NCBI GenBank assembly: GCA_002269645.1
Contig: NIVC01000382.1
Coordinates: 62,001-126,000, forward strand
Direction of reading: 5' to 3'
DNA length: 64,000 bases
Origin: Macrostomum lignano
Taxonomy: Eukaryota
The position numbers were made by a program, and so were the translations under genes. Under the pieces are notes generated by a model that was not told the DNA's origin, did not search any database, and saw nothing but the letters and a program-made list of their open reading frames with translations. Positions 13,411 through 25,384 of this stretch are shown in pieces; the stretch's first letter is position 1, and every line of letters starts with the position of its first letter.

Positions 13411-15885
13411 TGAATTAGGGTTGCAAGATAGGAAGGAAAACATGAAACCCTGGGTTTTTTTTGCCAGAGACAAGGTGCGAAATCGCACCTTGTGCCAAAT
13501 TTCAAGGTGCGATTTTAAGGCTCAGAGTGCAATTTCTCTTGAGTCTTGTTTCAGACAACTGGGAATGTATAGACATGTCTTATGTCTATACATCTTTGTA
13601 CAAAGAATGCCTTGACCTCTTGTCTGTTATCTCATCTTCAGATCGCTGCTTTGATAAATAGTAACATGATGAAAAATACTATAACAAAGAAGTTGCTACT
13701 TTGTATCAATTCTCCCATTTTTTCATTTCAGAATAAGCCTTCAGCTTGGAAAGCTTCGTGTTCAAGAGTTCTGGAGACAGGCTTCAACAGGCTGGCTTAC
13801 CTACATCCATTCCTCTTGGATAACATGGAAGTGGGCCTGGTGGGACCAGAATTGGATTCAGCATAGCATAGATAAACAGCATATCATTATCAATTGGATT
13901 GACACAGCTCAAGCTGATTGAGTGGCAGATCTACTGTTACATTTTACACGCAATGCTGTGTTGCACAGTGCACTATTGAAAATATACTCTTACGCATTAA
14001 AAGAATGTTTTCCAGCTACATTTGCAAAGGAAAAGAAATAAAAAATGTAGAATTTACCATCTAACAATTTTAACAGTCAATATTTTTCCTGCTATTCTGC
14101 CTTTTTATTTACCTAATGGATGTTGAATTTAATAAAAATTCTACTATACGTCTATGCGGTTTAAGGCGCTAGTAAATTATGTACGCAGCAAAACTCTAGC
14201 TAGCTATAGAGTAAATATGTAGTCGTGGATGATAGTTCCAATCCAACTACCAACACTGTGACAACTAGACTAAAAATGAAAGTTAAAGGTAAAAAGTCAA
14301 AGCATTCAAGAGATGGATGATGCTTTAATTTGCAAACCTCGAGTTGGAGTTAGAACTCCTGAAGATAATCGAAGAAATCGAAGCAAAAAGACTACTTTTC
14401 AAGGAATACATGATCATTGAGCAGAGTCACTGACTCGCTGCGTAGACAATTAGGGAGACACTAGCAATCTAGTGCCCACTTCGGTGCGCCCAATAAGTAA
14501 GGGACAAAATTATTTATGTAAATCCTATTTGCCTTGACTCCGATGCAATTCTCCCCGAAAGCCTTGACATATCTCATCAATAACCACAGCAATCCTTGAC
14601 ATCTACGCGATTCCCCATAAGCCTTAACATAGGGACTTTAGTGAGGGTTGCGCGAATGTCACGAGACGTAAAAAATGCTAAAAAGTGCCTAACTTTGCAG
14701 CCACAAAAGTAATAGAAAATGAAATAGTTGGAAAAAAACTTAATATACCCTAGAAAGATAAACATCACAGCTTCAAAATGAAACCACTCGTTCACAGATA
14801 CATAGCTTACAAGCCAAGTTGTGGACGGTTGAATAATGACTATATTTTGCACTTTTAGGAAAAGTGAAGCCGTTTCTAAAAAATACGGGTGTCAAGTAAA
14901 ATTCAAATTTCTACGAAATGGGTCGTAATACTAACGACTTTAATACAAAATGAGAATGATGGAAGACTAAATTGTGGCTTTTTCGAAATATTTCGCATGT
15001 TTGCTTTTCGTGGCAATTGCACGAGGGTAAGAAAATGTTTGGATCTACTCTCTAAGCCTAATTTCAGAGTGCCACGTACTGCCAGGGGCTAGAAAGACGC
15101 AGAATTTCATAAGGAAGACAATGGAAAAGTTTAACAACATTTCACTTTGGCGCAAGAGCGCGCCGCACATTTAAAGTAACCCCCCCTTGAAATTTCAGCC
15201 ACTTCAGTGACGCCAAATGTGCCTTCGTACGACATCACCTTTTGAGTCCTTACAATTGTGGCCTTTGTAAAACATCATTTTAGAGCTATTCAGTGCTCTA
15301 CCACTGGAACTGTTACATATCTATTCTAAAGTCCTATCCATGACTTGCCTGGCAATTGGTGTACAACTGACGGAATGTAAATGTTCAAATATACTCATGC
15401 ATCAATCTATTTTAAGCAGTGACTTCTGCACTGATTGCGCAAAATTATTTTTTTTCAGTGGCAGGACTCACTGGACCGGGCAAAATAGATCTGTTATTGC
15501 TTTTTTTACTGAATTGCGATTGTAAATAACTCAATATATATTGCATATGAAATAAAAATGAAACGGTTTTACGTCGTGATCTTCCTTTGAAGGACTTGGA
15601 GAGTGCCCAGCATATTGCCCAGGGTCGCATATATATATGCATATTAGCATATACCGTCAGGCAGAGAAACTATAAATTCATCAAATGCACAACAGTGAGC
15701 TGCAGAAATGTCCTACAGACTACAGAGAGTAAAATTAGCAATGTATCAACCAGCCATTTCAACACTCGCAATAGAAAAAATGTTTGCAGAATTAGGTAGT
15801 GTGTATGCACGGGTATGCATTGTGTGTATGCATTCATAATACAGCTACAAGCTACTGGAGTATACTGCATGTATACATGTCATTG

Positions 15886-16119
15886 CAGTGTTGGGCACTA
15901 ACTAGTTACATAGTAACGAAGTTACCAACTTTTGAGTAATTTTTAACGGAATTAAATTTTACAGTTACTTTTTTCGAAAAATCAAAGTTACTTGAAAAGC
16001 TTTCCGTTACCGTCGTAAAGTCAAAAAAGTTACTTTGTTTTTTTTGCTGGCATGCTTTTTGACCACTTGCGAAGGGTGCAACTGCCAGCAACAGCAATAC
16101 TGTTCTAATCGCCCTTTTT

Positions 16120-16179
<60 letters not shown>

Positions 16180-16494
16180 AAATATAAACAACACGAAATG
16201 ACACATGCATGACCACGATTAACCACATAATTACGCAGCAACATGCAAAACCGAATACCAAGGGAATCCCCACTCTCACTCTCTCAGCCACGATTTCCGA
16301 TGTAATCCAGTTGCACAATTTGGCACACATAGAGGTGTTTGAGTCAAGGATGGGTACCAGGGTACAACCTGATAGTTTTACTTTTTTCCTAAAATAACTT
16401 CATTTAATCTCTAAAAGTTGCTTTTTTCCCGAGGTAACGGCAACTTTTATACATCTCAGAAAGTTACATTTTCCAGTAACTTTGCCCAACACTG
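15886..16494. mobile_element. Non-autonomous hAT-like MITE nested in copy C
   Basis: TIRs CAGTGTTGGGCA...TGCCCAACACTG, with internal AGTTAC/GTAACT motifs and a (CT)n tract at 16123-16177. No clean TSD. Confidence 0.7.
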
Positions 16495-16660
16495 CATTTA
16501 TAGAGTTGCATCCCTTTATTGCCTTTTATGTTTGCCTAGAAATTTAGTATATAAGCGTGGCGCATACCCCATTTACATACATTCATACAAACACTTAGAG
16601 TTTTAGTATATAAAAGATAGCCATGCTTCAATCCAATCCAGCACAGCAACCAAAACTTCC

Positions 16661-19600
16661 TTAATACTCTGAGAGTACATTCAATGTTGACCCAAGGTAG
16701 TCCTTGTACAAGTCGACGGCATGGAGTTCCCCTGGGTAGTTATCAAATGCCACCTCGAATTTGCGATCGAGGATGTCCTGGCGGCGTGTGCTGGATGGGA
16801 GCTCCCGTTGCACCACGCCCTCCTCCCACTGCTCGCCGTCGGTGTACTCATAAAGTAGCTCGATGCGTTTGCCAACGATATCCGGCAGATTTGCCAGACT
16901 CCGGGGTGCAGGGTTGTTTGATGGGCCAGCTGCCTCCTGGTCCTGGCTTCCGGCTTCCCGGCGCTGTGGCCCCCGCTTACGTCGCGACACGGATACAGGG
17001 CGTGAGGCAGGAGCAGCCGGTTGCAACTTCTTGGCGATGAGCTTCTCCACAGCAGCACTACACTCTGCAGCTGGACGGACATGGCATCCCATTGCAGCTG
17101 GCATGGGCAGCATACCAGCCGCTTCCTCGTCAGCTTTGGCCACGATGTCAATGACCTCCAGAAGCTGTTCTTGAAGCTGGGCCACTGTCCGCTTCACACC
17201 CTGCACGGAAAACTGCAGCAGCACAGCCTTTCCGGCGGGTAAGGTGGTCTCTGTGGATTGTTTGTACAAAACGGAAATGTGAGTAGAAGTTAAATAAGTC
17301 ATAACGTACAGAAAATCGACTACAAGTGAGCGTCTATCATTTAGGTCATGTTGCATTTTTATAATGTGGGTCCCTCTCTGAATGACAATTAAAGTTAAGT
17401 AGGCCAAAATATTAAGCAACTGAAACTAACTCTAACTGATGGTAGATGACAGTGGCCTAAAAAGTGGCCTAAAGAAACTTGAAACTCAGTAAAAAACAAA
17501 GTGCAAAAAATACTTTACTCATAGCTTTGTGGAGTCGCATCTGGGCCTTTAAGGCTGATTCCAACTGGCTAGTGGGCAGGTTGGCCACTGCTCGCTCCAT
17601 GTCCGCCCGGCTCATCCAAAGGCCGCCGTAGTCACCTGCCTCGTGGACACGCAGACGCAGGTTTCGGGACCGGGCCTCCTCTTTCCGCCTCGTGTTGTCC
17701 AGCCGTTGCTGGAGAAGCTGCTGTTGCTGCTGCTTAACCATAGCGGCGTGATCTGCTGCCCGCCTCTCGACCGCCGGCGCAATGGCACGGGCCCTGGCAA
17801 AAAGAGCATCCCGCTCCTGCATCGACTTCTCCTTCAGCCAGCTCGCCGTCAAGTTCTGGCCGAAGAGAATCAGTGACTCCCTCGCCAGCGGCCGCATGTT
17901 CGGCTTGTCCCGGATTCCGTGGTCCAGGATACCGAAGTTACGCTCACCGGACACATTGTCCTTCGGTGCTGCAGCCGCCAGCTGGACATCCTGGGCTGAC
18001 AGATCTCGGAGAAGGCCCCCAGGCAGATGGTCGCGCACCTCCCGCTCAACCAGCGGAGCCATGAAGGCGCACATGCTCTGGACAAATGACATGGAATGAC
18101 AAGTATGTGTAGATGTAGTGTAAAAGGGATAGCAAGCATTTTACCATTGTTCGCAGGTGTTCAATACTGATACAATGACAAGGTTATGGTGTAAAATACA
18201 TTTTTACACAAAATATGCCAATTGGCACCCACCTTCACTGCCTGAGATGCCAAGCTGTTGTCCAATTCCGAGTAGTCATCTGACGTCATGCATTGCCAGA
18301 CCGCCCGCGCTGTGCCATCCACCTGAAGCACGTGCTCTGTAAGGTCCGTAAACGGGCCGGTGGTCGACTCCCCAACGTCAAATGTAGGAGCCGTTGCAAC
18401 AGAGCGGAGCCACTGGCAGACAACCTCGTAGTGGGCGTTCATGTCCAGAATGTGGACGTCGCTGCGACGAAGCAGCTGCCATAGTGGTCTCACCAGAAGG
18501 AGATCCACCAAGCCCAGCGCGCGGCAGCCAGCGAGAAGAATGTGCGAGCCAACATCCGCCTGCACGGCAAGCAGCAGACGGTTGCTAGGCTGCATCTGCG
18601 TCAAGAAGGAGGAGATGACCTCGCTCTGCCAGAGTAGAAGGCCTCCATTGGGGAAGACCACATAGGCCCTGTGCACAGTGTAAATGGAGGGGGTTACTGT
18701 AGACTTACCGATGCCTAGGCTATAGCAAGTCCAAGGGGTCGAGGATTCTGAAGGATAAGCACAGCCTAAAAATGAGAACACTTTGCATTTTAATCTACTG
18801 AACTCTTCATTTGGTGATGTCAAGCAACTGCCAACCCTCACCTTAAATTTCTTTTATTCATGCATGATGTCTCAGTCTTTTACCTCCATTTGCTCCTGGC
18901 ACCCACCTATAAAATATAAAAATAAAACAATCACCTGTTCCCACGGAACTCCTCCATGTTGAACTTGGCATGATCTTGACTCCGCAGGTATGCAGCAAAG
19001 GGGCCAGCAAGGCCGCACTGCTCATCACCATTGGGATGAAGTGCCTTGCACGTTGTCCGAATGAGTCGCTGCGTGCCGGACTCCGCCTTGGATGGATGGA
19101 AGCCAGGAAGAGCAGCGGCGCCAATCGGTACAGCAGCAACACACGCCTCCCACTCACGGAGAGCGGCTTCAGAGGCGGCAGCCATATTGACTATGAGATG
19201 CATCCCACAGAAAAGTGGAATCATGGGCTGCGGCACTGGCTCCTCAACCTCGCTCGCTAGGGCAGCACGCATCTCGTCCAAAAGCAGCCGGAGGCTGCGG
19301 TTCACAATGTGCCTGTCGGACATGATGAACCGCAGGCGCAGGAGGAGGCTTGCCTTCAGCTGGCGGCGGTCCTCGTCACTGGACAGTGGCAGTGTCAGCG
19401 CGGCGAACATGTCGATGACGGAGTCGACTGTAGAATCTAGCTCGCGCGCGTAGATGGCTGCCGTGCCGCCCTCCACCTCGGGGACACCGAGCGAGTAAGC
19501 TCGCCCATGACCAGTGTCAACCTGCCGATGAGGGAAAAGAAGTGGAATAACTGCAAATTACAATGCCAAAGGTAGTCACCCACTATTCTGTTGTAGACTT

Positions 19601-21326
19601 CTGTATTCTGTAGATGATTCCAAATGTCAATGAGGCTAATACTTTTAGTAATGGCAATGCTTACTAAATGACAATTATTAAATGGAAAATTCAGGTCTCA
19701 ACGATTGTGCGTCTCACAACCCCAAATATGTAGATCACATATTTCCATAATAAGCTCATGAAACCTTGGCTGCCTGACAGCTGATTTGCAATAGACTCTG
19801 TCTCACCTGGTACTCTGCAAAGTGCAGGCCTTTCTTGGATGTCCCATCCGTCATCAGTGTCAGTGGGCGATCTGCCTGCGCAGCAGCCAGGATGCCTTCC
19901 ATAGCAGCTGTCTTGGCAAGGCAGTTGCCAAGGCCATAGCTGAGGACGCCTACAAGCGATGGTGACGGAAGGCGGAGGTTGTCGACTTGAAATCCTGCGA
20001 GTGTGCCTAGCACAGTGCGTATGGCGCGGGACACATGCGCCACAGGCACGTGGCTCTCCAGTACAAGGTGCATGCAGGTGTCGACAACAGGCCGCGTGTA
20101 CTGCACGCCACCGGTGGTCCTGTTCTCAACGACCGTCACAACAGACGGCCCACGATGCAAGGCAGCTGTAGCAACGGCCAGCTGGTTGTGTGAAAAGCGC
20201 ACTTCCTGCTTCAGTGAGGCAATGTTCAACTTTGCTGCTGCCAGGCGTCTCCGGCAGATCACTAGCTGGCTTCTCTCCTCGCGGAGGAAGTCAATTTGTG
20301 CCTGCTGCATGCGGATACGGCGACGCAGTTGACGGATGGCAACTGCACCGACAGTGACATCAGCATATTCGCGGTTGGCCACCTGTGTAGCTACAGCAGA
20401 GGCACGAGCATGAGCACGTGCTTGCTGCAGCCGATGCGTGCAACGCCGCAGGCGCTGCGTCCAAACCCGAAGAGGTGGCCGGCGGGAGAGCTGTTGCTTC
20501 AGGCGCACGATCTCGTTGTCCTTCCGCACCCCCGCCAGCTCCAGCTCAGCAATCCGGGTGGCGAGGTCAGCGGCGGCAGCCTGTGATGGTGGTTGAAGCC
20601 AAGTACAGATGGAAAGGGGATGCAAGGACTGAGTCACTTCTACTAAGCTGTGATGTTATGCAGTTGCTTTGGTGACTTACATGCTGCCTTCAGTATGGAA
20701 AACTGTCATATTTCATATAATATAGATCTCATTCTAGCTAGGACTAGGCTAGACTGTCATTGTGAATATGACTGTGAGCATAGACTTTTTAATATGTAAT
20801 GAATGCAGAGTAGCTAGTCTTTGCCTTTGGGCACTACCCCTATAAAATACAGTACATTCACAAATCTTACCTTGGCACCCTGCAGCTCCTCGTATGAGGT
20901 CTCCTGCACACGACGACGCTTCTGCCTAGGTGTCTCTGGCCAGTCACCAGCACCACCAGGATTAGGTGTGGCAGCAGCAGCAGCAGATCCACCAGCTGGT
21001 GTGCTGCTAGGAGGAACCACCGACTCTTTATCCCCTGGGTCTGGGCCAGGCAACAAAAAGGCGCTTGCAAGCAGCTCCTCTAACTGTTGTTGGACTGCGC
21101 CACTCCGCATTGCACTTTTCCGCAGACCATGAACTCTTGTCACCAGTTTCTGCAGGATCCTGCCTAGCTTACGTCGGCAGAAGCTGTCTGGACAATGGTT
21201 GGAGCCCATGGCAGAGCGAACTGCCAGCTGGCCTGCATTTACTGTGCTAGCAGCAGTAAACAAGCGCACTGCCTCACATACAGTCAGCAGGTGGCCAGTG
21301 GCAGTGCCAGCAGATGCTGTTGACAT
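16661..21326 (-). CDS. Spliced DDE transposase with CxxH motif and C-terminal Spindlin-like Tudor domain (copy C, ~1133 aa, intact)
   Basis: Inferred exons 21326-20871, 20580-19807, 19521-18935, 18668-18233, 18077-17519, 17250-16661, totalling 3402 nt in frame. Intron positions match copy A, and exons 3, 5 and 6 have identical lengths. Motifs MTDGTSKKG, FIMSDRHIVN, FCGMH, KDNVSGERNFG. Confidence 0.87.
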
Positions 21327-21635
21327 GATGCCTAAATGATGCCTGAAGATGAACTCAACTTCCTGGCATAAGCACTAGCTAGGCTTAAACTTTAAAGGCT
21401 GAAAATGTGCATGTAGCAGAGCAGAGGCAGATATTACAAACTTGTAATAACAGTACTAGGTAGTATCATACTAGACACTAGTCCATTTGATTTTTACTTA
21501 GTGCCATGCACGACATGCAGTAGAGAACACTTTTTGGAAAGTACTCAGTAGACCCTCAGTAGACTCCGTAGACCCTCAGTAGACCTAGGCCAAAATTATA
21601 ATAAAATGTCAGAAGTTTTTACTCACCATAATTAT

Positions 21636-21730
21636 ACTGCTTATATTGCTTACTGCTTATATAGGACATTACTGTACCTATCTATGCCTATACTGCTTAT
21701 ATAGGACATTACTGTACCTATCTATGCCTA
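21636..21730. repeat. ~40-bp tandem duplication
   Basis: tatactgcttatataggacattactgtacctatctatgcc occurs twice in tandem, inside copy C upstream of the ORF. Confidence 0.85.
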
Positions 21731-23910
21731 TGCCAACCAGGCTATGGCTATGAAGGAAGTAGTATAGTACACTGCCAATATTCAATAATTTGCAGTGTCA
21801 CAAAACAAGTGTCACTGTCAGTAGTCAAACTGTATCTAATCTAAATTCTATTTAATTCTAATCGAGTTCTACCTCTATAATCTAGTCTTAACTTTTAGTA
21901 TTTTACTCTTTTACTTTTTTTAGTTGACAAAAAGTTAAAACAGTAAGTAAAAAAACAGTAACTAGTGTTTTTCTTGACCCCCTAATCCTTATCCATTGAA
22001 TAATAATACTATGTTATCATACCATCTAATAAATAGAAAAAAATGCAAAAAAATGACATATCATTCACCTATTTTGGACAAGTTAGAGAAATTTGACATA
22101 GCCTTAAATAGTCATATATTGCACGTACATCTAAAAAAATGCAGGAAAAACCTAACTCACTAGTAAATTTTATTTTTTTCACTATGCATACAGTAATGTC
22201 ACTATTCTTTTCAAACAATAGACAAAAAATGCAAAAAAATGACATATCATGCATTAAATTTGAACCATTAAGAGAAAAGTAACAAAACTTTTTATTAAAA
22301 AAACCTGCTTTTTCGGGCAAAAATGATCACAGAGCCTTATGGGAAAAATACATTACGCACACTTGAAAAAAATTGGTGACAAAAATTGTCATAACTTTTT
22401 TATTATTGGACCGATTTTCAAAACTAAGGTGTCAAAATGCTCATACACCCAAGATCTATCAGATAGGACAAGAAAAATATCAAATTTCCAAACTTTCAAA
22501 ATCTCACTGGAGTCCCTACTTAACATCTTAGCAATCTCCCCAGCAAGCTAATTGAGTAAAATGCTCATTGAGCCTGAGTTAAATGCTTATTCATTCATGT
22601 CATGGGCCATGGCATTGACAAACTCGTTGACATCGAGTTCCGACAGCTGGTAGCGCTTTCGTTGGGCACTGTGCTCCCACAATGCAAAGGCTTGATCATA
22701 CGGGAAACTCTTGTAGGGCGGAGCATTTAGTCGCAGACGCATCAGCATGTCAATTGTTTCCACTTTTAATCGATTGCGCTGAGGGGACTTTAGCCTTGCG
22801 AGAAGCGAGAAGCCTCGCTCGACAGTGGCGTTTTCCGCAGTAAAAGTTAGAAAAATTTTCGTTAAACACGATAGGAGTGGCCACTCCGCAGAATTTCGTG
22901 CAGCCACGAGCAGGAAAGTACGCCAGTCAGAGGTTTCGCTATTGCGGAAGTATAGCACACTGAAGCAGAAACTGCGCCACTCCGATGTCAGCTGTTCCTC
23001 GAGTTCGTCTGTATCGAAGTCCTGCTCGCGATCAGCAGCCGAAACCAGAATTTCATGGTAAAAACGACCAAGCCATTTGATGCTCCTATGGCCATACTTG
23101 GCAAAGGCTTCACCTTGGCCCGAGACCGGCATTTCTGCAGGATCGAAGATGCGTAAATGAGTCAGCAAGTCGTCTGTTTCGGACTCCACGTCCTCATCAA
23201 CAGCTGGCAGAGTATTGCAGCTGTCTGAATCCGCGGGCTCCGTGTCCATTGCGTGCACTCCAAAGCCTGGCTCTGCCTCAGGTACTCGTAGAATTTCTGG
23301 CTCTGATCGTTTTACATCAGGGAACCGGTCGGCCAAATTCTTAATTAACTGATGCACGAAGTTAGTCAGTTGGTCAGCGATAGGGGTTATCAACACTGAA
23401 GTTGAGCAAGCTGCTGCAATTTCGGCTCGTGTTCGCGCAGAAACTCGGTTCAGTCGGTTGGAACCAATTTGGTCAGTAGCAGGTGCATCCGATGGTTCCA
23501 GTTCTAAGTTCAGGTCCAGGAGTTCCTGCAATTGCTCCATGGACGGAGTTCTGCGAAGCTTCCCACGGTCGTCCAGCAGTACGGACTGCAGCTCAATTTG
23601 GGCGGCTTTGACACGGCTTCTCAGGTCGAATGGATGCAAGCCGTGCCTGATCAGGTGAGGTCGAGGATGTAAGGGAGAAAGTAAGGATGCTGCTAGGAGG
23701 TTAAAGACGAAGTAATGATACAACATTATTATAGGTGTGGGAAGTGGCACAAGAACCAGGATTAAATACAAACGTACTGCTGGAAAGCCTTGTTCAGGTG
23801 CGCCATGATGCCCAGCACGTCATGCATAACTGCCAGCGTCAGTAGAAAGCCTGTGCTGCAGACCGTCTTCATGTGGCCTTGAGCAACAGCTTTAGCACCG
23901 CCGCTGTCTA

Positions 23911-25203
23911 CGAGGGGCACTATTAAAGTTCTGAGCCTGACCAAGATCTTATAGTGGCAAAGTGTTGAAACTTTAGGCTCTAAAAGCGCCACATGTTAAT
24001 AGTCTATTGTCAACTTTTCAGAATTTTCTGCATTCCCTAAGTCCCACTGCACCATTTTATTTCCAGCACCCCATGGCATTTTCTCAAGAATTGAAGCTTG
24101 AGCACAGGGCAGTGATTAAATTTCTGACTCTGGAGGGCTCAAAGCCTGCTGAAATTCAAAGCCGCATGGCTAGTGTGTACGCTGACGCTGCCCCCTCATA
24201 CGCCACCATAAAGCGCTGGGCAGCCGAGTTCAAGCGTGGCCGCGACTCGCTCGAAGATGACCCCCGATGTGGACGACCCCGGACTGCTGTCACTGCCGAC
24301 AACATCCAGCGCATCCAGGCTCTGGTTGACAGTGACCAGCGGGTGAAAGTCAGGGAACTTGCGGCAGACACTGGACTCTCTGACCCGCAAGTCATTGAGA
24401 TCCTGCACCAGCATCTTCATCTGTCCAAGGTTTCTGCCAGATGGATCCCACGAATCTTGACAAGGGACCAAAAGACCGCACGGGTGCAGTACTCAAAGCT
24501 TGTCCTGGACTCCTACGATCCGGACCCTGCCAACTTTCTGTCCTGCTGCGTGACCGGGGATGAGACGTGGATCCATCACCACGATCCCGAGTCCAAGCAG
24601 GAGTCCAAGCAGTGGCTGCCAGTTGGTTCACCTGCACCACTGAAGGCACGGACTGCATGCAGTGCGGGCAAGATTATGCTCACCGTCTTCTGGGATGCCA
24701 AGGGCCCGCTGCTGCTGGACTTTCTACCGCACAAGCAGACAGTCACAGGCGCCTACTACGCTGACCTGATCGCCCGTCTGCGCGAAGCAATCAAGGAAAA
24801 TAGGCGAGGGATGCTGAGCCGAGGTGTTGTGCTGCTGCACGACAATGCACCGGCCCACACTAGCAGGATTGCCAAGGCTGCTGTCAGTGTCGCAGGGTTT
24901 CGAGAGCTGCCGCACCCAGCCTATTCACCAGACCTGGCCCCGAGCGACTTCCACCTGTTTCCACATCTCAAGCGGGCGCTCCGTGGACAGCGATTTGACA
25001 CTGATGATGCGCTGAAGGATGCTGCAACTGCTTGGTTTGAGGGCTGCTCGGTGCAATTCTTCCAGAGTGGCATTGAGGCGCTGCGATCAAGATGCCATAA
25101 GTGCATCTTGGTTGGGGGAGACTATGTTGAGAAAAGCTGATCTCACTTTGCCCATATCTCCTCTCTTTCATATTAAGGCTCAGAACTTTAATAGTGCCCC
25201 TCG
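23911..25203 (+). mobile_element. Intact mariner element 1 (DD34D), 1293 bp
   Basis: 28-bp TIR CGAGGGGCACTATTAAAGTTCTGAGCCT at both ends, with TA TSD at 23909-23910 and 25204-25205. Confidence 0.96.
24073..25140 (+). CDS. Mariner transposase, 355 aa, intact
   Basis: WIPRIL (WVPHEL-like), VTGDETW, LHDNAPAH and YSPDLAPSDFHLF motifs, with an N-terminal HTH region. Confidence 0.95.
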   Translation: MAFSQELKLEHRAVIKFLTLEGSKPAEIQSRMASVYADAAPSYATIKRWAAEFKRGRDSLEDDPRCGRPRTAVTADNIQRIQALVDSDQRVKVRELAADTGLSDPQVIEILHQHLHLSKVSARWIPRILTRDQKTARVQYSKLVLDSYDPDPANFLSCCVTGDETWIHHHDPESKQESKQWLPVGSPAPLKARTACSAGKIMLTVFWDAKGPLLLDFLPHKQTVTGAYYADLIARLREAIKENRRGMLSRGVVLLHDNAPAHTSRIAKAAVSVAGFRELPHPAYSPDLAPSDFHLFPHLKRALRGQRFDTDDALKDAATAWFEGCSVQFFQSGIEALRSRCHKCILVGGDYVEKS

Positions 25204-25384
25204 TACATCCGAAGTGGCATTTGACTCGAGCAGAGTCATTATAACAGACAACGAGCGAAAAATACAACTGACTGCTGTGTGGCGCCTAAGCCACCTGACG
25301 TCGATAAAACGCTCAGGGCGCACAACATCCTGCAGGTAGAGTGAGGCATCATGTGAGTAATGCTTGACATTAGGGCGATTAGGC

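Larger units (their letters stand above)
14630..22518 (-). mobile_element. Complete autonomous-looking hAT-like (hATw-type) transposon copy C, 7889 bp
   Basis: Left end TAGGGACTTTAGTGAG; right end CTCACTGGAGTCCCTA. The same 7 bp, CTTAACA, flanks both ends (14623-14629 and 22519-22525). It contains an intact spliced transposase. Confidence 0.92.
22587..25329 (-). pseudogene. Conventional hAT transposase (C-terminal half with dimerization domain), interrupted by mariner
   Basis: Exon pieces 25329-25204 (DVVRPERFIDVRWLRRH, the hAT RW motif), 23910-23778 and 23646-22587. The last contains WPLLSCLTKIFLTFTAENATVERGFSLLARLKSPQRNRL. The frame is continuous across the mariner TA site (...SDV|DSGG...). 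No 5' half found. Confidence 0.8.

Noticed and set aside
2310-22518. Domesticated tandem host gene family
   Set aside because: TIRs, subterminal blocks and a TSD around copy C show these are transposons, not host paralogs.
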